Shown here: positions 1 through 10,380 of the stretch, piece by piece
How the letters are laid out: every line of letters starts with the position of its first letter
Numbering within the stretch: the stretch's first letter is position 1
DNA from: Candidatus Sulfomarinibacteraceae bacterium
GTDB lineage: Bacteria > Acidobacteriota > Thermoanaerobaculia > Thermoanaerobaculales > Sulfomarinibacteraceae
DNA length: 64,000 bases
Assembly (NCBI GenBank): GCA_963796455.1
Contig: CAWCLO010000004.1
Span: 1,216,001 to 1,280,000 of the forward strand
Reading direction: 5' to 3'
The notes under the pieces: generated by a model
What the model was told of the DNA's origin: nothing
Seen by the model: only the letters and a program-made list of their open reading frames with translations
The model's database searches: none
Position numbers and translations under genes: made by a program

Positions 1-2
1 CG

Positions 3-809
3 GTGGAGAACAGTATATTCGCCGATAACATAGGTCTTCCGATTTTCGACGACGATCGTTCGCCGAGCCCCATCAACGATATGCGCTACAACGGCAACGA
101 TATCCACTCCAGTACTTTCGGAACCAGTGTCTATATCGATTCCGTGGTCAGCGGCGCAAAGAGCGTCTCCCAACTCAACTCCCTGGTGGTCACCCGCGGC
201 GGCGGAACCAGCACGACCAAGTCCCAGGTCGACAATAACTCGCTCGGGACCTCGCCGGCGACGGCGACTCTCCTGGCCGTGCCGTCGAAGATCCTCACGC
301 GCGGGGCGGCCGGGGATCCTGCCGGCAGTACCGACTCGTTCCTCGCCTGGGCTTGGAGTGGAGCATCCGCAACCCTGAACTCTTCACCTCTCGGATCGAC
401 CACCGGCATCGCCGGCGCGTCGGCCGGAACCTCCACGTTGAACGCCGACGGCGAATTGGCCCAGGCCCAGGTCGTCGCGGCCGCGGCCCCCGCCGTCAGC
501 CTGAGCGCGGTACCGATCGCCATCAGCAGCGGCCAGTCGGCCTCCCTGCAGTGGAACCTCACCGCCGGTACCTATCTGGACGTGGATATCGATGGCGGTC
601 TCCGCTTGTCGCCGGGATCCAAGGGAAGCTCCGGTTCGGTTTCGGTCTCCCCCACCGTCACGACCACCTACAGGATCATCGCCACAACCGAAGAAGGAGG
701 CGCGATCGCCGAAGCCACAGTATGGGTCGACGAGACACCGCCTTCGATCTTCAGCGATGGATTCGAGACCGGCAACACCTCGACCTGGTCAGCTGCCGTT
801 GGTTCGTGA
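3..809 (+). CDS. Secreted/surface protein, C-terminal part (5' truncated by window); Ser/Thr/Gly-rich, Ig-like segment, C-terminal IFSDGFETGNTSTW motif
   Basis: ORF open from window edge; beta-rich SLQW...VSVSPTVTTTYRI segment; terminal DGFE motif. Confidence 0.7.
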   Translation: MENSIFADNIGLPIFDDDRSPSPINDMRYNGNDIHSSTFGTSVYIDSVVSGAKSVSQLNSLVVTRGGGTSTTKSQVDNNSLGTSPATATLLAVPSKILTRGAAGDPAGSTDSFLAWAWSGASATLNSSPLGSTTGIAGASAGTSTLNADGELAQAQVVAAAAPAVSLSAVPIAISSGQSASLQWNLTAGTYLDVDIDGGLRLSPGSKGSSGSVSVSPTVTTTYRIIATTEEGGAIAEATVWVDETPPSIFSDGFETGNTSTWSAAVGS

Positions 810-1685
810 GGGGCGACGCGCCGAGATCAATCCTCGGGCGAAGGCCGTTCTGCACTGAAGATCCCAGAGATCCGACCGGCAACCACGTCTCCACGCGGTG
901 CGCCATACTGACCGAATGGCAAGTGCTGGCGCAAGTGCGAGGGGTTTGAGGACAAGAGCGCCAACAAGATCCGGGTGCTGCCGAATGGCTCGCCTCGCCC
1001 ACCAGCCCGCAAGACGCTGCCGCGTCAAAAACGGCTCGATGTTTTCATAGTGGTGGTGGTGCAGAACCTTCGCCTCACCGTCGAAATAAACCCTCCTGGA
1101 CCGCCGTTTCCATCGCCATAACATCTCGGTGTCTTCCAGGCAGGCATCCGTGTAGGCCTCGTCAAAGGGCTCATCCAAAAACCACGATCTCGGAGCTGAA
1201 AGATTTGAACTGACGACCGAAGACCAGGGCACCAACGATCCGGTTTCGAGTCCCTTGAACCAAAACTGTGGTCCCTCAGGTGCCAGAAACCTCATCACCT
1301 CGGTGACGCCGGACTCCGAATCCCAATCGATCATCCCCTGAGTGCCGCCCTCCGCTTCGCCGGAAAGGTGGCGAGCCAGACAATCCGGCTCCGGAATCAT
1401 GTCATCGCCGAGAAGCAGTATGCGATCAGAAACGGCCTCTCGGATGCCGGCATTGCGGGCCCGGGCCGGCCCGCCGTGCTCGAGGGCTATCGATTTCAAC
1501 TCATAGTTGCTGGGTTTCGTCGCCTGGAGCAAGCGTGGCGTGTCATCGGTGGATCCGTCGTCGACGACAACCACCGAAAAGAAAACATCCACTCCACGTT
1601 GCTTATCCAGCGCCTCGAGTGTCGATCGCAGCACCCGGCACCTGTTCCGGGTCGGTATGACGACCGTCAGGGCTTCGTCGGCCAT
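789..1685 (-). CDS. Glycosyltransferase family 2
   Basis: VVIPTRNR, VVVDDGSTD, GPARARNAG, LLGDD motifs; start moved to ATG 1685 directly after wzt stop. Confidence 0.9.
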   Translation of the reverse strand: MADEALTVVIPTRNRCRVLRSTLEALDKQRGVDVFFSVVVVDDGSTDDTPRLLQATKPSNYELKSIALEHGGPARARNAGIREAVSDRILLLGDDMIPEPDCLARHLSGEAEGGTQGMIDWDSESGVTEVMRFLAPEGPQFWFKGLETGSLVPWSSVVSSNLSAPRSWFLDEPFDEAYTDACLEDTEMLWRWKRRSRRVYFDGEAKVLHHHHYENIEPFLTRQRLAGWWARRAIRQHPDLVGALVLKPLALAPALAIRSVWRTAWRRGCRSDLWDLQCRTAFARGLISARRPSRTNGS

Positions 1686-1686
1686 A

Positions 1687-2478
1687 TCACGGCTGTCGCG
1701 CGCCCGCATCCCGGATCGTGCCGCCAACCATGATCTCCTGGTGCACCGAAGCACGGTATTGCTCAACAACCTCGCCGGCCGGGCCAAAACCGCGCACAAC
1801 ACCGTGTTCGAGCCACAACGCGTCGTCACACGTGTGCTCGACTCCGTCGAGGTTGTGGGTCACCAGGAGGATGGTCACGCCATCTTTTCGGAACTGCGCG
1901 AGGCGTTCGTCACACTTGTGGCGGAAGCTCTCGTCGCCAACCGTCAGCACCTCATCCAACAACAGGACATTGGCGTCGACTGTGGTGGCCGTGGCAAAAG
2001 CCAATCTCGCGACCATGCCGGTTGAATAGGTGCGGATCGGGTGGTCGATGAAATCTCCAAGTTCGGCAAATTCGACGATTTCTTCGCACCGCGCTTCCAT
2101 TTCTTCGTGTGAACGGCCGAGCAGCGCACCGTTGAAAAAGATATTTTCACGTCCTGACAGTTCGGCTTCAAATCCGAGACCGAGTTCGATCACCGGTGCG
2201 AGAAGGCCCCTGACGATGGCGGTGCCCTTGGATGGCTGCAGGATGCCGGCGGCCACCCTCAGAAGGGTCGACTTGCCGGCCCCGTTGTGTCCGATGATGG
2301 CGAGCATCCTCCCGGGGTCGACGGAGAAGCTCACGCCGGAAAGGGCAAGAAGATCGCGATAGCTGATCTTCGATACGAGTTGCCGGATGACCCACTCCTT
2401 GAGCGTGGCGATCCCTCGTTCCGAGGAAATCCGGAACTGGAGCGAGACATCGTGGAATTCAACTCGAGGCTCGGTCAT
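1687..2478 (-). CDS. wzt: Polysaccharide ABC exporter ATP-binding subunit (Wzt/TagH-like, no C-terminal carbohydrate-binding domain)
   Basis: GHNGAGKST Walker A, YSTGMVARLAF signature, LLLDEVL Walker B. Confidence 0.9.
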   Translation of the reverse strand: MTEPRVEFHDVSLQFRISSERGIATLKEWVIRQLVSKISYRDLLALSGVSFSVDPGRMLAIIGHNGAGKSTLLRVAAGILQPSKGTAIVRGLLAPVIELGLGFEAELSGRENIFFNGALLGRSHEEMEARCEEIVEFAELGDFIDHPIRTYSTGMVARLAFATATTVDANVLLLDEVLTVGDESFRHKCDERLAQFRKDGVTILLVTHNLDGVEHTCDDALWLEHGVVRGFGPAGEVVEQYRASVHQEIMVGGTIRDAGARQP

Positions 2479-2496
2479 GGACTCCCGGATCCTCCG

Positions 2497-3333
2497 TCAG
2501 AGGTGAAGATAGAAATTCTTGGCAAGACGGTGAAAGACGTTCCATCCGATAACCAGGGTCACCAGCGAAACGACCAGCGAAGCGAGAAAAACGTGCATCG
2601 ACGGCAGGGTACCCAAATACACCGGGTCCCTGGCAAGCTTGAACAGCTGAGTCAACGGGTTGATCCGGATGAGCCAGAGCCATTTCCCGGGAATGATTGA
2701 AATCGGGTAGATGATCGGTGTCAGGTACATCAGACCGACCGTCGCGACCTGATAGGCGTGGACAACGTCATCAAAAAAGACCGCCAACGATGACAGGAGC
2801 AGCGACACCCCGAGGGTGAAAATACCGATGATGAGGAACGCAACCGGCAAAAAGAGAACCGCGGGCCGGATCGGAGCCCCTACCGCGATCATGATTATGA
2901 AAAGTGGAATATATGCAAGAAAAAGGTTAACGAGACCCGACACGGTGGTGGAAATGGCGAAGATCGATTTCGGTACCCGAACCCTCTTCATCAAAGAGCC
3001 GTTCCACTCCAGAGTCGTCATCGACTGGACGGTTGTCTGCTGGAAAAAACCGAAGACCAGATACGAAGAAAGAAGATAGACCGCGTAGTGGGACATCCCC
3101 GCAAACCTGAAGATCGTCGAAAAGACGATCGTCAGGATGATCATCAGCAACAGGGGGTTGAGCATCGTCCATAAAAAGCCGATGGCGGACCGTTTGTAAC
3201 GTACGGTCAGATCTCTACGAACCAGGTTGAGCAGGAGATTCGAGGAGGCGATGAGCCCCCGAATTTCTTCGCGGGTGCTGAACTTGGTCTCCGCAGAGTT
3301 ATAGAGAATGTGGGAATCTGTGATCGACACCAC
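2497..3333 (-). CDS. wzm: Polysaccharide ABC exporter permease (ABC-2, Wzm)
   Basis: RDLTVRYKRSAIGFLWTMLNP, YLTPIIYP, INPL motifs; multiple hydrophobic segments; start may be GTG 3330. Confidence 0.9.
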   Translation of the reverse strand: MVSITDSHILYNSAETKFSTREEIRGLIASSNLLLNLVRRDLTVRYKRSAIGFLWTMLNPLLLMIILTIVFSTIFRFAGMSHYAVYLLSSYLVFGFFQQTTVQSMTTLEWNGSLMKRVRVPKSIFAISTTVSGLVNLFLAYIPLFIIMIAVGAPIRPAVLFLPVAFLIIGIFTLGVSLLLSSLAVFFDDVVHAYQVATVGLMYLTPIIYPISIIPGKWLWLIRINPLTQLFKLARDPVYLGTLPSMHVFLASLVVSLVTLVIGWNVFHRLAKNFYLHL

Positions 3334-3390
3334 AAAATATTAACACGCTGAAGACTTCGACAAGGTTCAATCACCCGAACCGCTGCTACC

Positions 3391-4371
3391 ATGGATCAAA
3401 GGGCGGATCAGTTGAAAACATCGGTCATTATTCCGACTCGAAACACGCGAGAGCTGACACTTCGTTGCCTGGCTTCCCTCTGGCTCTGCAATCCGCAACC
3501 GGACGAGGTGATCGTTGTCGACGATGGAAGCACCGACGACACTATTCGGTCGGTGGTTCGCAAATATCCCCGCCACATCGTGGTTCGCCTGCCCGCGAGC
3601 GAAGGATTCGCCGTTGCCGCCAACCACGGCATGAAACGGGCTTCCGGAGATCTGCTCCTCGTCCTGAACAGCGACACCGAAACCGAGGCATCCGCTATTG
3701 GAGTGGTGCAAAAAGCATTTGCCGAGGATGAGTCGCTCGGAATCGCCGGCGCGACCCTTCGCCACCCGGATGGATCACGGCAATGGAGTGGAGGCAAGAT
3801 CCCCTCCGCCATGTGGTGTTTTGCTCTGGCCACCGGCCTTCCCGCCCTCATCGACCACATCGCGGCGTGGAGACTCCTCAAATCACCATCCGGCTCGAAG
3901 GGCGGGAGTGTGGATTGGGTCGCTGGGACGGCCATGGCCCTGAGGCGTTCGGTATGGGAGAAGATCGGGCCGTTTGACACCGGTTTTCGCTTCTATTGCC
4001 AGGATGTCGACCTTTGTTACCAGGCAACCTGCGAAGGTTTCGGGGTTGCAGTATTGCCCGACTTCAAAGTCCTCCACCATCGCGGCGGGAGCATTTCCGA
4101 CGAGGGAGGGGCGGTTGGCCCCTACCATCCCGAACTGATGTGGACTGATCTGTTGCGATTCGCCCACAAGCGATTCAGCCCGCAGAAAGCACGCAATACC
4201 GCGACTGCCCTGCGACTCGGGGGGACGGTTCGTGTCCTCGGTCGGCGGCTCGCCACCCCCCTGGTTCCGGACAATCTCCGCACCGATTGGAAAACCGCCA
4301 CTTCGGCCTACCTCCACGCGGTCAGGGCGGTCGATTCCATTGGTTCCGAGCAGGAAATCGAAAGGGTCTGA
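3391..4371 (+). CDS. Glycosyltransferase family 2 (WbbL-like)
   Basis: SVIIPT, VVDDGSTD, GFAVAANHG, LNSDT, FYCQDVDLC. Confidence 0.9.
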   Translation: MDQRADQLKTSVIIPTRNTRELTLRCLASLWLCNPQPDEVIVVDDGSTDDTIRSVVRKYPRHIVVRLPASEGFAVAANHGMKRASGDLLLVLNSDTETEASAIGVVQKAFAEDESLGIAGATLRHPDGSRQWSGGKIPSAMWCFALATGLPALIDHIAAWRLLKSPSGSKGGSVDWVAGTAMALRRSVWEKIGPFDTGFRFYCQDVDLCYQATCEGFGVAVLPDFKVLHHRGGSISDEGGAVGPYHPELMWTDLLRFAHKRFSPQKARNTATALRLGGTVRVLGRRLATPLVPDNLRTDWKTATSAYLHAVRAVDSIGSEQEIERV

Positions 4372-4592
4372 GCAGCCCGCCCCACCCTTTTCATGTTCGC
4401 CGATCTCGATCCAGAACCAAACTCACTCAAAACCCGCGATCCTCGCCTACGATCTGCCGCGACCTCCTATCCGGAATGGCTACGGGCGGGTTATTCTTGT
4501 ATGGGGGGCGCGTGTTGTCTCCGGCAATTCCGGGTGACAATTCGATCAAGACAGGCGCTCGAGAGGTTTGACTACATGATGGTTGACGGACC

Positions 4593-5951
4593 ATGAAGAT
4601 CGATTCGGGAATACCCGGAGACTCAAAAATCCAATACATCCGGTCGGAAGGCCTGCAGGCCCTGCAGAATCGGATGAAGGACCAGTCTGAAGAGCAGAAG
4701 AGGGTCCGAAAGCTCAAACCCCTCGAGGTGGAAGGTGGCAAGTTGACCCTGGGCTTCGAGCCACCACCGGTGCTCAATGTCTCGTCCATACCGCCGACAC
4801 CGAATCGCGGTGGTTCTCAGGTTCAGATGCTCGATCGCCTCGACGCCGAACGAAAGCGCCGCGCGGTCGCGCTGGCCTATCCGCGCGAAGGATCGTGGTG
4901 GCTCGAGATGTCGCTCGACACCGAGGCGGGGATCTACGAACTCGGGAAAAAAGCCAACCTGATCGATCTCCTGGTCCACGCAGCCCGCCTGATCGGGACC
5001 GACATCGTTCATATCGAAAATCTTCGCGGATTGCCCATCAATCTGCCCCACGGGCTCGAGAAGAACGGCATCAAGACCGTTCTTTCGGTACACGATTTCA
5101 CCCTTTTCTGCCGGCGCGCACACCTGATCGATACGCTGACGGAAAAGTTCTGCAACTATTCGGAGGACCTCCCGCGTTGCGCCGTCTGCTTGCGCGAACT
5201 CGATCCGGAGGGACGCTATCCCCAACGGGACTATCGAAAAATCGGCGCGGCGTCGATCCATGCGGTCAGTCAGGTCGTTTTTCCATCCGCATTCATCCAG
5301 CGCCGACACCACGAACTGTTTCCGTCGCGGCGCGAAGGACAGAGGGAGATCGTCATCGCGCCGGCATCGGTCCGACCCGAGGTCTTTGTGGATCGCTCGA
5401 AAATCAAACCGAATATCGCCTTCGTCGGCGGCATCCATCCGCACAAGGGTGGCCGTTTGATTCCGGCGGTGATGCAGCGTATCCGTTCGGAATCGAAGAA
5501 AGCGGTCGGTTTTGTATACGGCTACGCAAACCCCGAAATGCTGGATCAGGTCAAAATGGCCAAAGGGATCAAGGTCCGCGGTTATTATCGCCGCGGCACG
5601 CTCGGCAACCTGCTCGTTCAGGACAAGATCGGGGTCGCGATACTTCCATCGATCTGGCCCGAGTCGTATGGCATGGTTGTAGATGAATGCCTGGCAACCG
5701 GACTGCCTGTCGTCGCGTTCAATAGTGGCGCGGTTGGCGACCGACTCCGTTATTGGACGGTCGGCGAGCTCGTTCCTCCCGGCGGAGGCGCGGAAGGGCT
5801 CGCTCTCGGAGCGTTGGAAATATTGTCTGGCGGTCGGATCGGAACCGACGTGATCAGAATCCTCCCCAATGTCGACCGCAATGCGCAGAAATACCTCGAT
5901 CTTTATAAGAGCCTGAAGCAACGTGGCCGGGCTGGCAACGGAGACGGCTGA
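4593..5951 (+). CDS. Glycosyltransferase family 4 (GT-B)
   Basis: LSVHDFTLFC, HKG, PSIWPESYGMVVDE, GLPVV. Confidence 0.85.
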   Translation: MKIDSGIPGDSKIQYIRSEGLQALQNRMKDQSEEQKRVRKLKPLEVEGGKLTLGFEPPPVLNVSSIPPTPNRGGSQVQMLDRLDAERKRRAVALAYPREGSWWLEMSLDTEAGIYELGKKANLIDLLVHAARLIGTDIVHIENLRGLPINLPHGLEKNGIKTVLSVHDFTLFCRRAHLIDTLTEKFCNYSEDLPRCAVCLRELDPEGRYPQRDYRKIGAASIHAVSQVVFPSAFIQRRHHELFPSRREGQREIVIAPASVRPEVFVDRSKIKPNIAFVGGIHPHKGGRLIPAVMQRIRSESKKAVGFVYGYANPEMLDQVKMAKGIKVRGYYRRGTLGNLLVQDKIGVAILPSIWPESYGMVVDECLATGLPVVAFNSGAVGDRLRYWTVGELVPPGGGAEGLALGALEILSGGRIGTDVIRILPNVDRNAQKYLDLYKSLKQRGRAGNGDG

Positions 5952-5972
5952 GCGACTGGAAGGTAGACCCCT

Positions 5973-7157
5973 CTGCGAATCCTCTACGTAGCCACAAAAC
6001 CGGCGTTTCCACCCACCGATGGTGGCAAACTGTTGATGTGGAACACCTTGACCGGTCTTTCGCACCGGGGACACCACGTGACCTTTATCGCCCCCGATCT
6101 GAGAACGAAGTCGCTGGATTCCGAGGAAATGGAGCTCGAAAATTGCCGGTCGAGGCTCGTGGGCTGTCGCCCCGGGCGTCTGATCCCATCGGTGCTTCGC
6201 GCCCTCGCCACGGGTCGCCCATTGTCGATCCTTCGGCACACCCACAGAGCTCTCCGGAATGTTGTCAAGGAGGAAATTGCTCGCGGCAACTTCGACATCG
6301 TTCACGGAGAGCAGGTGCAGTCGGTTTTCAACATCCCGGAAGACCCGCTCACACCGCCGGTGGTTCTTCGGGCTCAAAACGTGGAGAGCCACCTCTGGAG
6401 AATGGTCGCTCGAACCAAACCCTCCTACGCCCTGATGGCCCGTAGAGAAGCCAGAAAGATGGCCGTCACCGAAGCGCAGGCGATTCAAGGCGCCGCGGCG
6501 ACCGTGGTTTTGACCCGACGCGACGGTCTCGCGCTCGCCGGAGGGGTCGGGATGCAGCAAAAACGTGTACACCACATTCCCCCGCCCTTCCCGGCGAAGC
6601 TTCCCGGCAATCCCGAGATCCTTCCGGGCGACCCGGCGATCTTTCTCCTCGGTGGCGGCTGGCTTCCAAATCGAGATTCGATCACGTGGTTCTTCGACTC
6701 GATCTGGGGATCGATTACCGAGGCCCTGCCCAAGACCCAGGTTCACGTATTTGGAGAAGACGGATCCCTGGATTCCGCATCGATTTCGTGGCATCCGTCG
6801 CCGGACGCCAGCAGCAAGCTTTTTCACCAGAGTTCGGTTTTGATCGTGCCGCTCCGCGTCGCCTCCGGCATCCGTATGAAAATTCTCGAAGCGTGGTCCC
6901 GCGGGACCCCGGTGATCGCCACACCCGAAGCGGTCGAGGGGCTCGACGCGAAGGAAGGAAACGACGTTCTCCTCGCTCGCAACGGCCCCGAATTCGCGGC
7001 CGCCCTCACCCGACTCCACACCGAGGAGGGGCTCAGGCAGCGAATTGTCGACGGTGGACGGCAAAACCTGACCGAGCGCCACGACCCCGATGAGACCTGT
7101 GCGCAGCTCGAAGGCGTTTATCGCGAGGCAATCGGCGAATCAGGGTCAGGTCTGTAG
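5973..7157 (+). CDS. Glycosyltransferase family 4 (GT-B); probable CTG start
   Basis: N-terminal (M)RILYVATKPAFPPTDGG in frame from CTG 5973, preceded by GGAAGG and an in-frame TAG at 5964; SGIRMKILEAW..GTPVI motif. Confidence 0.85.
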   Translation: MRILYVATKPAFPPTDGGKLLMWNTLTGLSHRGHHVTFIAPDLRTKSLDSEEMELENCRSRLVGCRPGRLIPSVLRALATGRPLSILRHTHRALRNVVKEEIARGNFDIVHGEQVQSVFNIPEDPLTPPVVLRAQNVESHLWRMVARTKPSYALMARREARKMAVTEAQAIQGAAATVVLTRRDGLALAGGVGMQQKRVHHIPPPFPAKLPGNPEILPGDPAIFLLGGGWLPNRDSITWFFDSIWGSITEALPKTQVHVFGEDGSLDSASISWHPSPDASSKLFHQSSVLIVPLRVASGIRMKILEAWSRGTPVIATPEAVEGLDAKEGNDVLLARNGPEFAAALTRLHTEEGLRQRIVDGGRQNLTERHDPDETCAQLEGVYREAIGESGSGL

Positions 7158-8020
7158 ATGGTTTTCAGCGCCTGAATGTGTCCCCTCGCGACGGCTGCGA
7201 CATAGGGCCCACTCTGCTTCTTCAACCGCCATGCAAGTCCGACTGCACGCAAGACGTTGTAAACGGAGTGAACGCCTGCAAGGTAGAGACGGTGCGCCAG
7301 GGAGCGAAACGGCAAGAGTCGGGTCTTCGTGAGGTTTTCGAGGTACAACGGCGACCCAACCCCGGAGCCCGTCTCACCACCGAGGCGGTGGATGCACACC
7401 ATCCCCGGTTCGAAGAGCAATCGCCAGCCCAGTCGGCGGAAACGAAGACAGAGGTCGACGTCCTCGTTGTAGAGAAAAAAGGAGGGGTCAAATCCTCCGA
7501 CGTCGCGCCAAGCCGTCGGTGAGATGGCCATGGCGGTGGCCGGAATGAAACCCACATCCCGCCGATGCCTACCGGGTTCGCTTGCTCGTTTCTGCCAGAC
7601 TGTTCCAGTCAGAAAGTTGACCCCACCACCGGTGTACCAGAAGGTGGAAGAATCCACCGGGTCCCGGATCGGCCCCCCGGCCGCTCCCACCCCGACCTCG
7701 AGAGCACCTGCCGCCGCATCCAGGAACCCTGGGCAGACCGTGGTGTCGTTGTTGAGCACCACGTATGCCGTACAGGCCTCATCTCGATCGATCGCGGCCA
7801 GACCGGCGTTTGCGCCGACTCCGTAGCCGGGGTTTCCGGGGCATTTGAGCACGCTGACATCCGATCCAAAAATCAGGGAGTCAAAATTGCAGGAATTGTC
7901 AACCACGACAACCCTGCGACCGACCACCGAAGGGTCAGCCATCAACGACTCGACACAGAGGGTCGTCGGTTCCGGATCGCCAAAGTGCACCACCGCAATA
8001 CCAACCACAGCGTCCTTCAT
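7118..8020 (-). CDS. Glycosyltransferase family 2
   Basis: VVVVDN, NPGYGVGANAG, LNNDT, FFLYNEDVDLC; start at ATG 8020 chosen. Confidence 0.9.
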   Translation of the reverse strand: MKDAVVGIAVVHFGDPEPTTLCVESLMADPSVVGRRVVVVDNSCNFDSLIFGSDVSVLKCPGNPGYGVGANAGLAAIDRDEACTAYVVLNNDTTVCPGFLDAAAGALEVGVGAAGGPIRDPVDSSTFWYTGGGVNFLTGTVWQKRASEPGRHRRDVGFIPATAMAISPTAWRDVGGFDPSFFLYNEDVDLCLRFRRLGWRLLFEPGMVCIHRLGGETGSGVGSPLYLENLTKTRLLPFRSLAHRLYLAGVHSVYNVLRAVGLAWRLKKQSGPYVAAVARGHIQALKTIYRPDPDSPIASR

Positions 8021-8258
8021 CTGGCGGAAATCCCAACCCATTTCATCTCGAATCCTCCAACGCGACACCTCTCACGCTCATCGTGTATACCACTATTGCC
8101 ATCGACTCCGCTCCGTCAACGGCGATTGCTGCCGGGGTTGATTGTGGGTTCAGCACGAATGGTTCCCCTCGAGGCCCTCGAATGTCCGCTCGAAATCGGC
8201 GAACGCCGCCGCCACGAGGCAGCAGCACGCAAACAGCCTTTCCGGTTACAATTCGCCC

Positions 8259-9389
8259 ATGGCATCCGACTCCAAACTCCCTATCGTGATCTTTTTTGGC
8301 ATCGTCGTGCTGATTGCGCTGCCGCTCCTCTTCGGTTTGATCCGCGAACGGCGGCGGCCCGTCGTGGTCGAAGCAAGGATCGTGACCGCAAGCTCGACCG
8401 ATCCGGTATTTCGAGACGGGCCGCGACGCGTGCCTCCTGGCGAATCGGTGCAGGCAGCGATCGCACTTCGAATTCACAAGACCGGCGGGCCGGATTTCTG
8501 GTTGGCGCCGGTTGCGGATCTTTCGATCGACGGTCGAGACATCGAACACATCGAGTCCGGAGGATGGCCGGATGAGGGACGCGAGTTACGTGTGTTCTGG
8601 TTTTCCGTCGAGAGCGCAAATCTCGGCGGACGCCTGGATTCACAACGCGCCGCCGATCTGCTGCGCTACCGGACCTTTCTCGCACCGGAGATGGGTCGCG
8701 AACTCCTGGCGAGCCGGCTTCCTGAAACCCACCACGATGACCACATCGGTGAAGAATCGGAAACCGGCCTTTCCTCGGCAGGCACCCTTCGGTTGTATGC
8801 GCGAATCGAGGTCGTCGAAAAAGCAAAAGACATTCAAGCCCTGCAGATGGTCGCGACCCTCGGTCTCGAGGACATCGACTCGCCGAATTTCCCCACGATT
8901 TCCCGATCCTTTGATTTTGGTGGGTCGATTGATCCAGCTGCCGGCGAACTTTTCAGGTTGCCCGGCTTCGAGGCCTCCGATGAGCCGGAAGGCTCTTGGA
9001 ACTCGGTCCCGGTGGCGGCCACCGGCCACAGTTTCACTGATTTGGTGGAAAGTCGTCTGATCGTCTCTTCCAGGACCTTCACAGCCGTTGCGTTGACGGG
9101 ATCCTCGACCTTTGACCCGGCTGATTTGACGCCCCGCGCTGAATTCTCGGTCGGCGACGAAAAGTATCTGGCCCGCGGGAGACCACTCGAATGGGGATCC
9201 GACGTCAAGATCGGAGATGTGGTCAAGAGCGGCGAGCGCTGGGTCGTTCTTTTGGCCGACGATGGGAATGGGATCCTCGATCCGTCTGACTCGGTCCTCC
9301 ACTGTTGGGGCAGACCGCCCCAACGAACGACGCTCCTGATGGCCCTACCGGGCGATGCCTTGCTCGCCCACCTCTTACGTCATGAATGA
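8259..9389 (+). CDS. Hypothetical protein with N-terminal membrane anchor
   Basis: Hydrophobic LPIVIFFGIVVLIALPLLFGL after ATG 8259; stop overlaps next gene start. Confidence 0.7.
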   Translation: MASDSKLPIVIFFGIVVLIALPLLFGLIRERRRPVVVEARIVTASSTDPVFRDGPRRVPPGESVQAAIALRIHKTGGPDFWLAPVADLSIDGRDIEHIESGGWPDEGRELRVFWFSVESANLGGRLDSQRAADLLRYRTFLAPEMGRELLASRLPETHHDDHIGEESETGLSSAGTLRLYARIEVVEKAKDIQALQMVATLGLEDIDSPNFPTISRSFDFGGSIDPAAGELFRLPGFEASDEPEGSWNSVPVAATGHSFTDLVESRLIVSSRTFTAVALTGSSTFDPADLTPRAEFSVGDEKYLARGRPLEWGSDVKIGDVVKSGERWVVLLADDGNGILDPSDSVLHCWGRPPQRTTLLMALPGDALLAHLLRHE

Positions 9390-10380
9390 GAAGTCACTTC
9401 TCCAAATCGATGGATTGACGATCGGCTTTCCATCGAGTGGCGCACGATGGAAGCGGGTTGTCGATCGGGTCTCTTTCCAACTCGGCGCCGGTGAAAGGGT
9501 CGGCATCGTTGGCGAGTCGGGCAGTGGCAAGAGCCTTACAGCACTGGCGTGTCTCGGTCTCGTTCCCGAACCGGGCCGAGTGCTCGAGGGCCGGGTCATC
9601 GTCGACGGGGCAGGAATCCAGAGCTCCTCAGAATCCGAGCTCGCCACTTTGAGAGGGCGAACCATCGGGATCGTTCTTCAGGAGGCGGCGGACGCCCTCA
9701 ACCCCGTCTACTCTGTCGGCTTCCAGATCGCGGAAACCATCGCCATCCACGGACAGACAAAAAACGGGGACCGCCTCGAAGCGGCAACGCGGCTTCTCGA
9801 GGAAGTCTCGGTCGATGATCCCCGAACGGTGATGGGGGCCTACCCTCACGAACTTTCAGGGGGCCTCGCTCAACGAGTGATGCTGGCCCTCGCCCTGGCG
9901 GGAGGGCCCAAAATCCTGATTGCCGACGAACCGACCTCGGCGCTCGACCTCATCACCCAAAAAGAGATCCTCGATCTCCTCAACCGACTCTGTACTGATC
10001 ACGACCTCGGCCTCGTGCTGATCAGCCACGACCTGACGGTGATCGAAGAGATGGTCGATCGCGTCCTGGTCATGTATCGGGGATCGATGCTTGAAGAGGC
10101 CCCTAGGGAAGAGTTGTTTTCGCGACCCCGTCACCCCTATACCCGGTATCTGCTCGCTTCGGCACCCGGATCAAAGAGGCGTGCAGAGACGATGCAGAAT
10201 GACACCGCCCACGGCCGATATCCCGCGACGACAACCGGTTGCCGGTTTCACCCGGGTTGCCCATTCGCAGCCGATGCTTGCCGAATCACCGAACCCGAAT
10301 TGACAGAGGTCGAGCCCTTACACTTCGTGCGTTGTCCGTTGCCGGAAGCACACGGAGGGGATTCTCATGAAGAAGCCTGA
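9382..10380 (+). CDS. Oligopeptide/dipeptide ABC transporter ATP-binding protein (DppD/OppD-like)
   Basis: GESGSGKS, YPHELSGG, ADEPTSALD, HPYT, GCRFHPGC C-terminal motif. Confidence 0.9.
   Translation: MNEKSLLQIDGLTIGFPSSGARWKRVVDRVSFQLGAGERVGIVGESGSGKSLTALACLGLVPEPGRVLEGRVIVDGAGIQSSSESELATLRGRTIGIVLQEAADALNPVYSVGFQIAETIAIHGQTKNGDRLEAATRLLEEVSVDDPRTVMGAYPHELSGGLAQRVMLALALAGGPKILIADEPTSALDLITQKEILDLLNRLCTDHDLGLVLISHDLTVIEEMVDRVLVMYRGSMLEEAPREELFSRPRHPYTRYLLASAPGSKRRAETMQNDTAHGRYPATTTGCRFHPGCPFAADACRITEPELTEVEPLHFVRCPLPEAHGGDSHEEA

Noticed and set aside
4623..7082. 819-aa minus-strand ORF (also 36748-38934, 32800-34239, 43276-44967, 50522-51922, 51420-52715, 54215-55549)
   Set aside because: Antisense shadows of well-supported genes, expected in high-GC DNA; no recognisable motifs.
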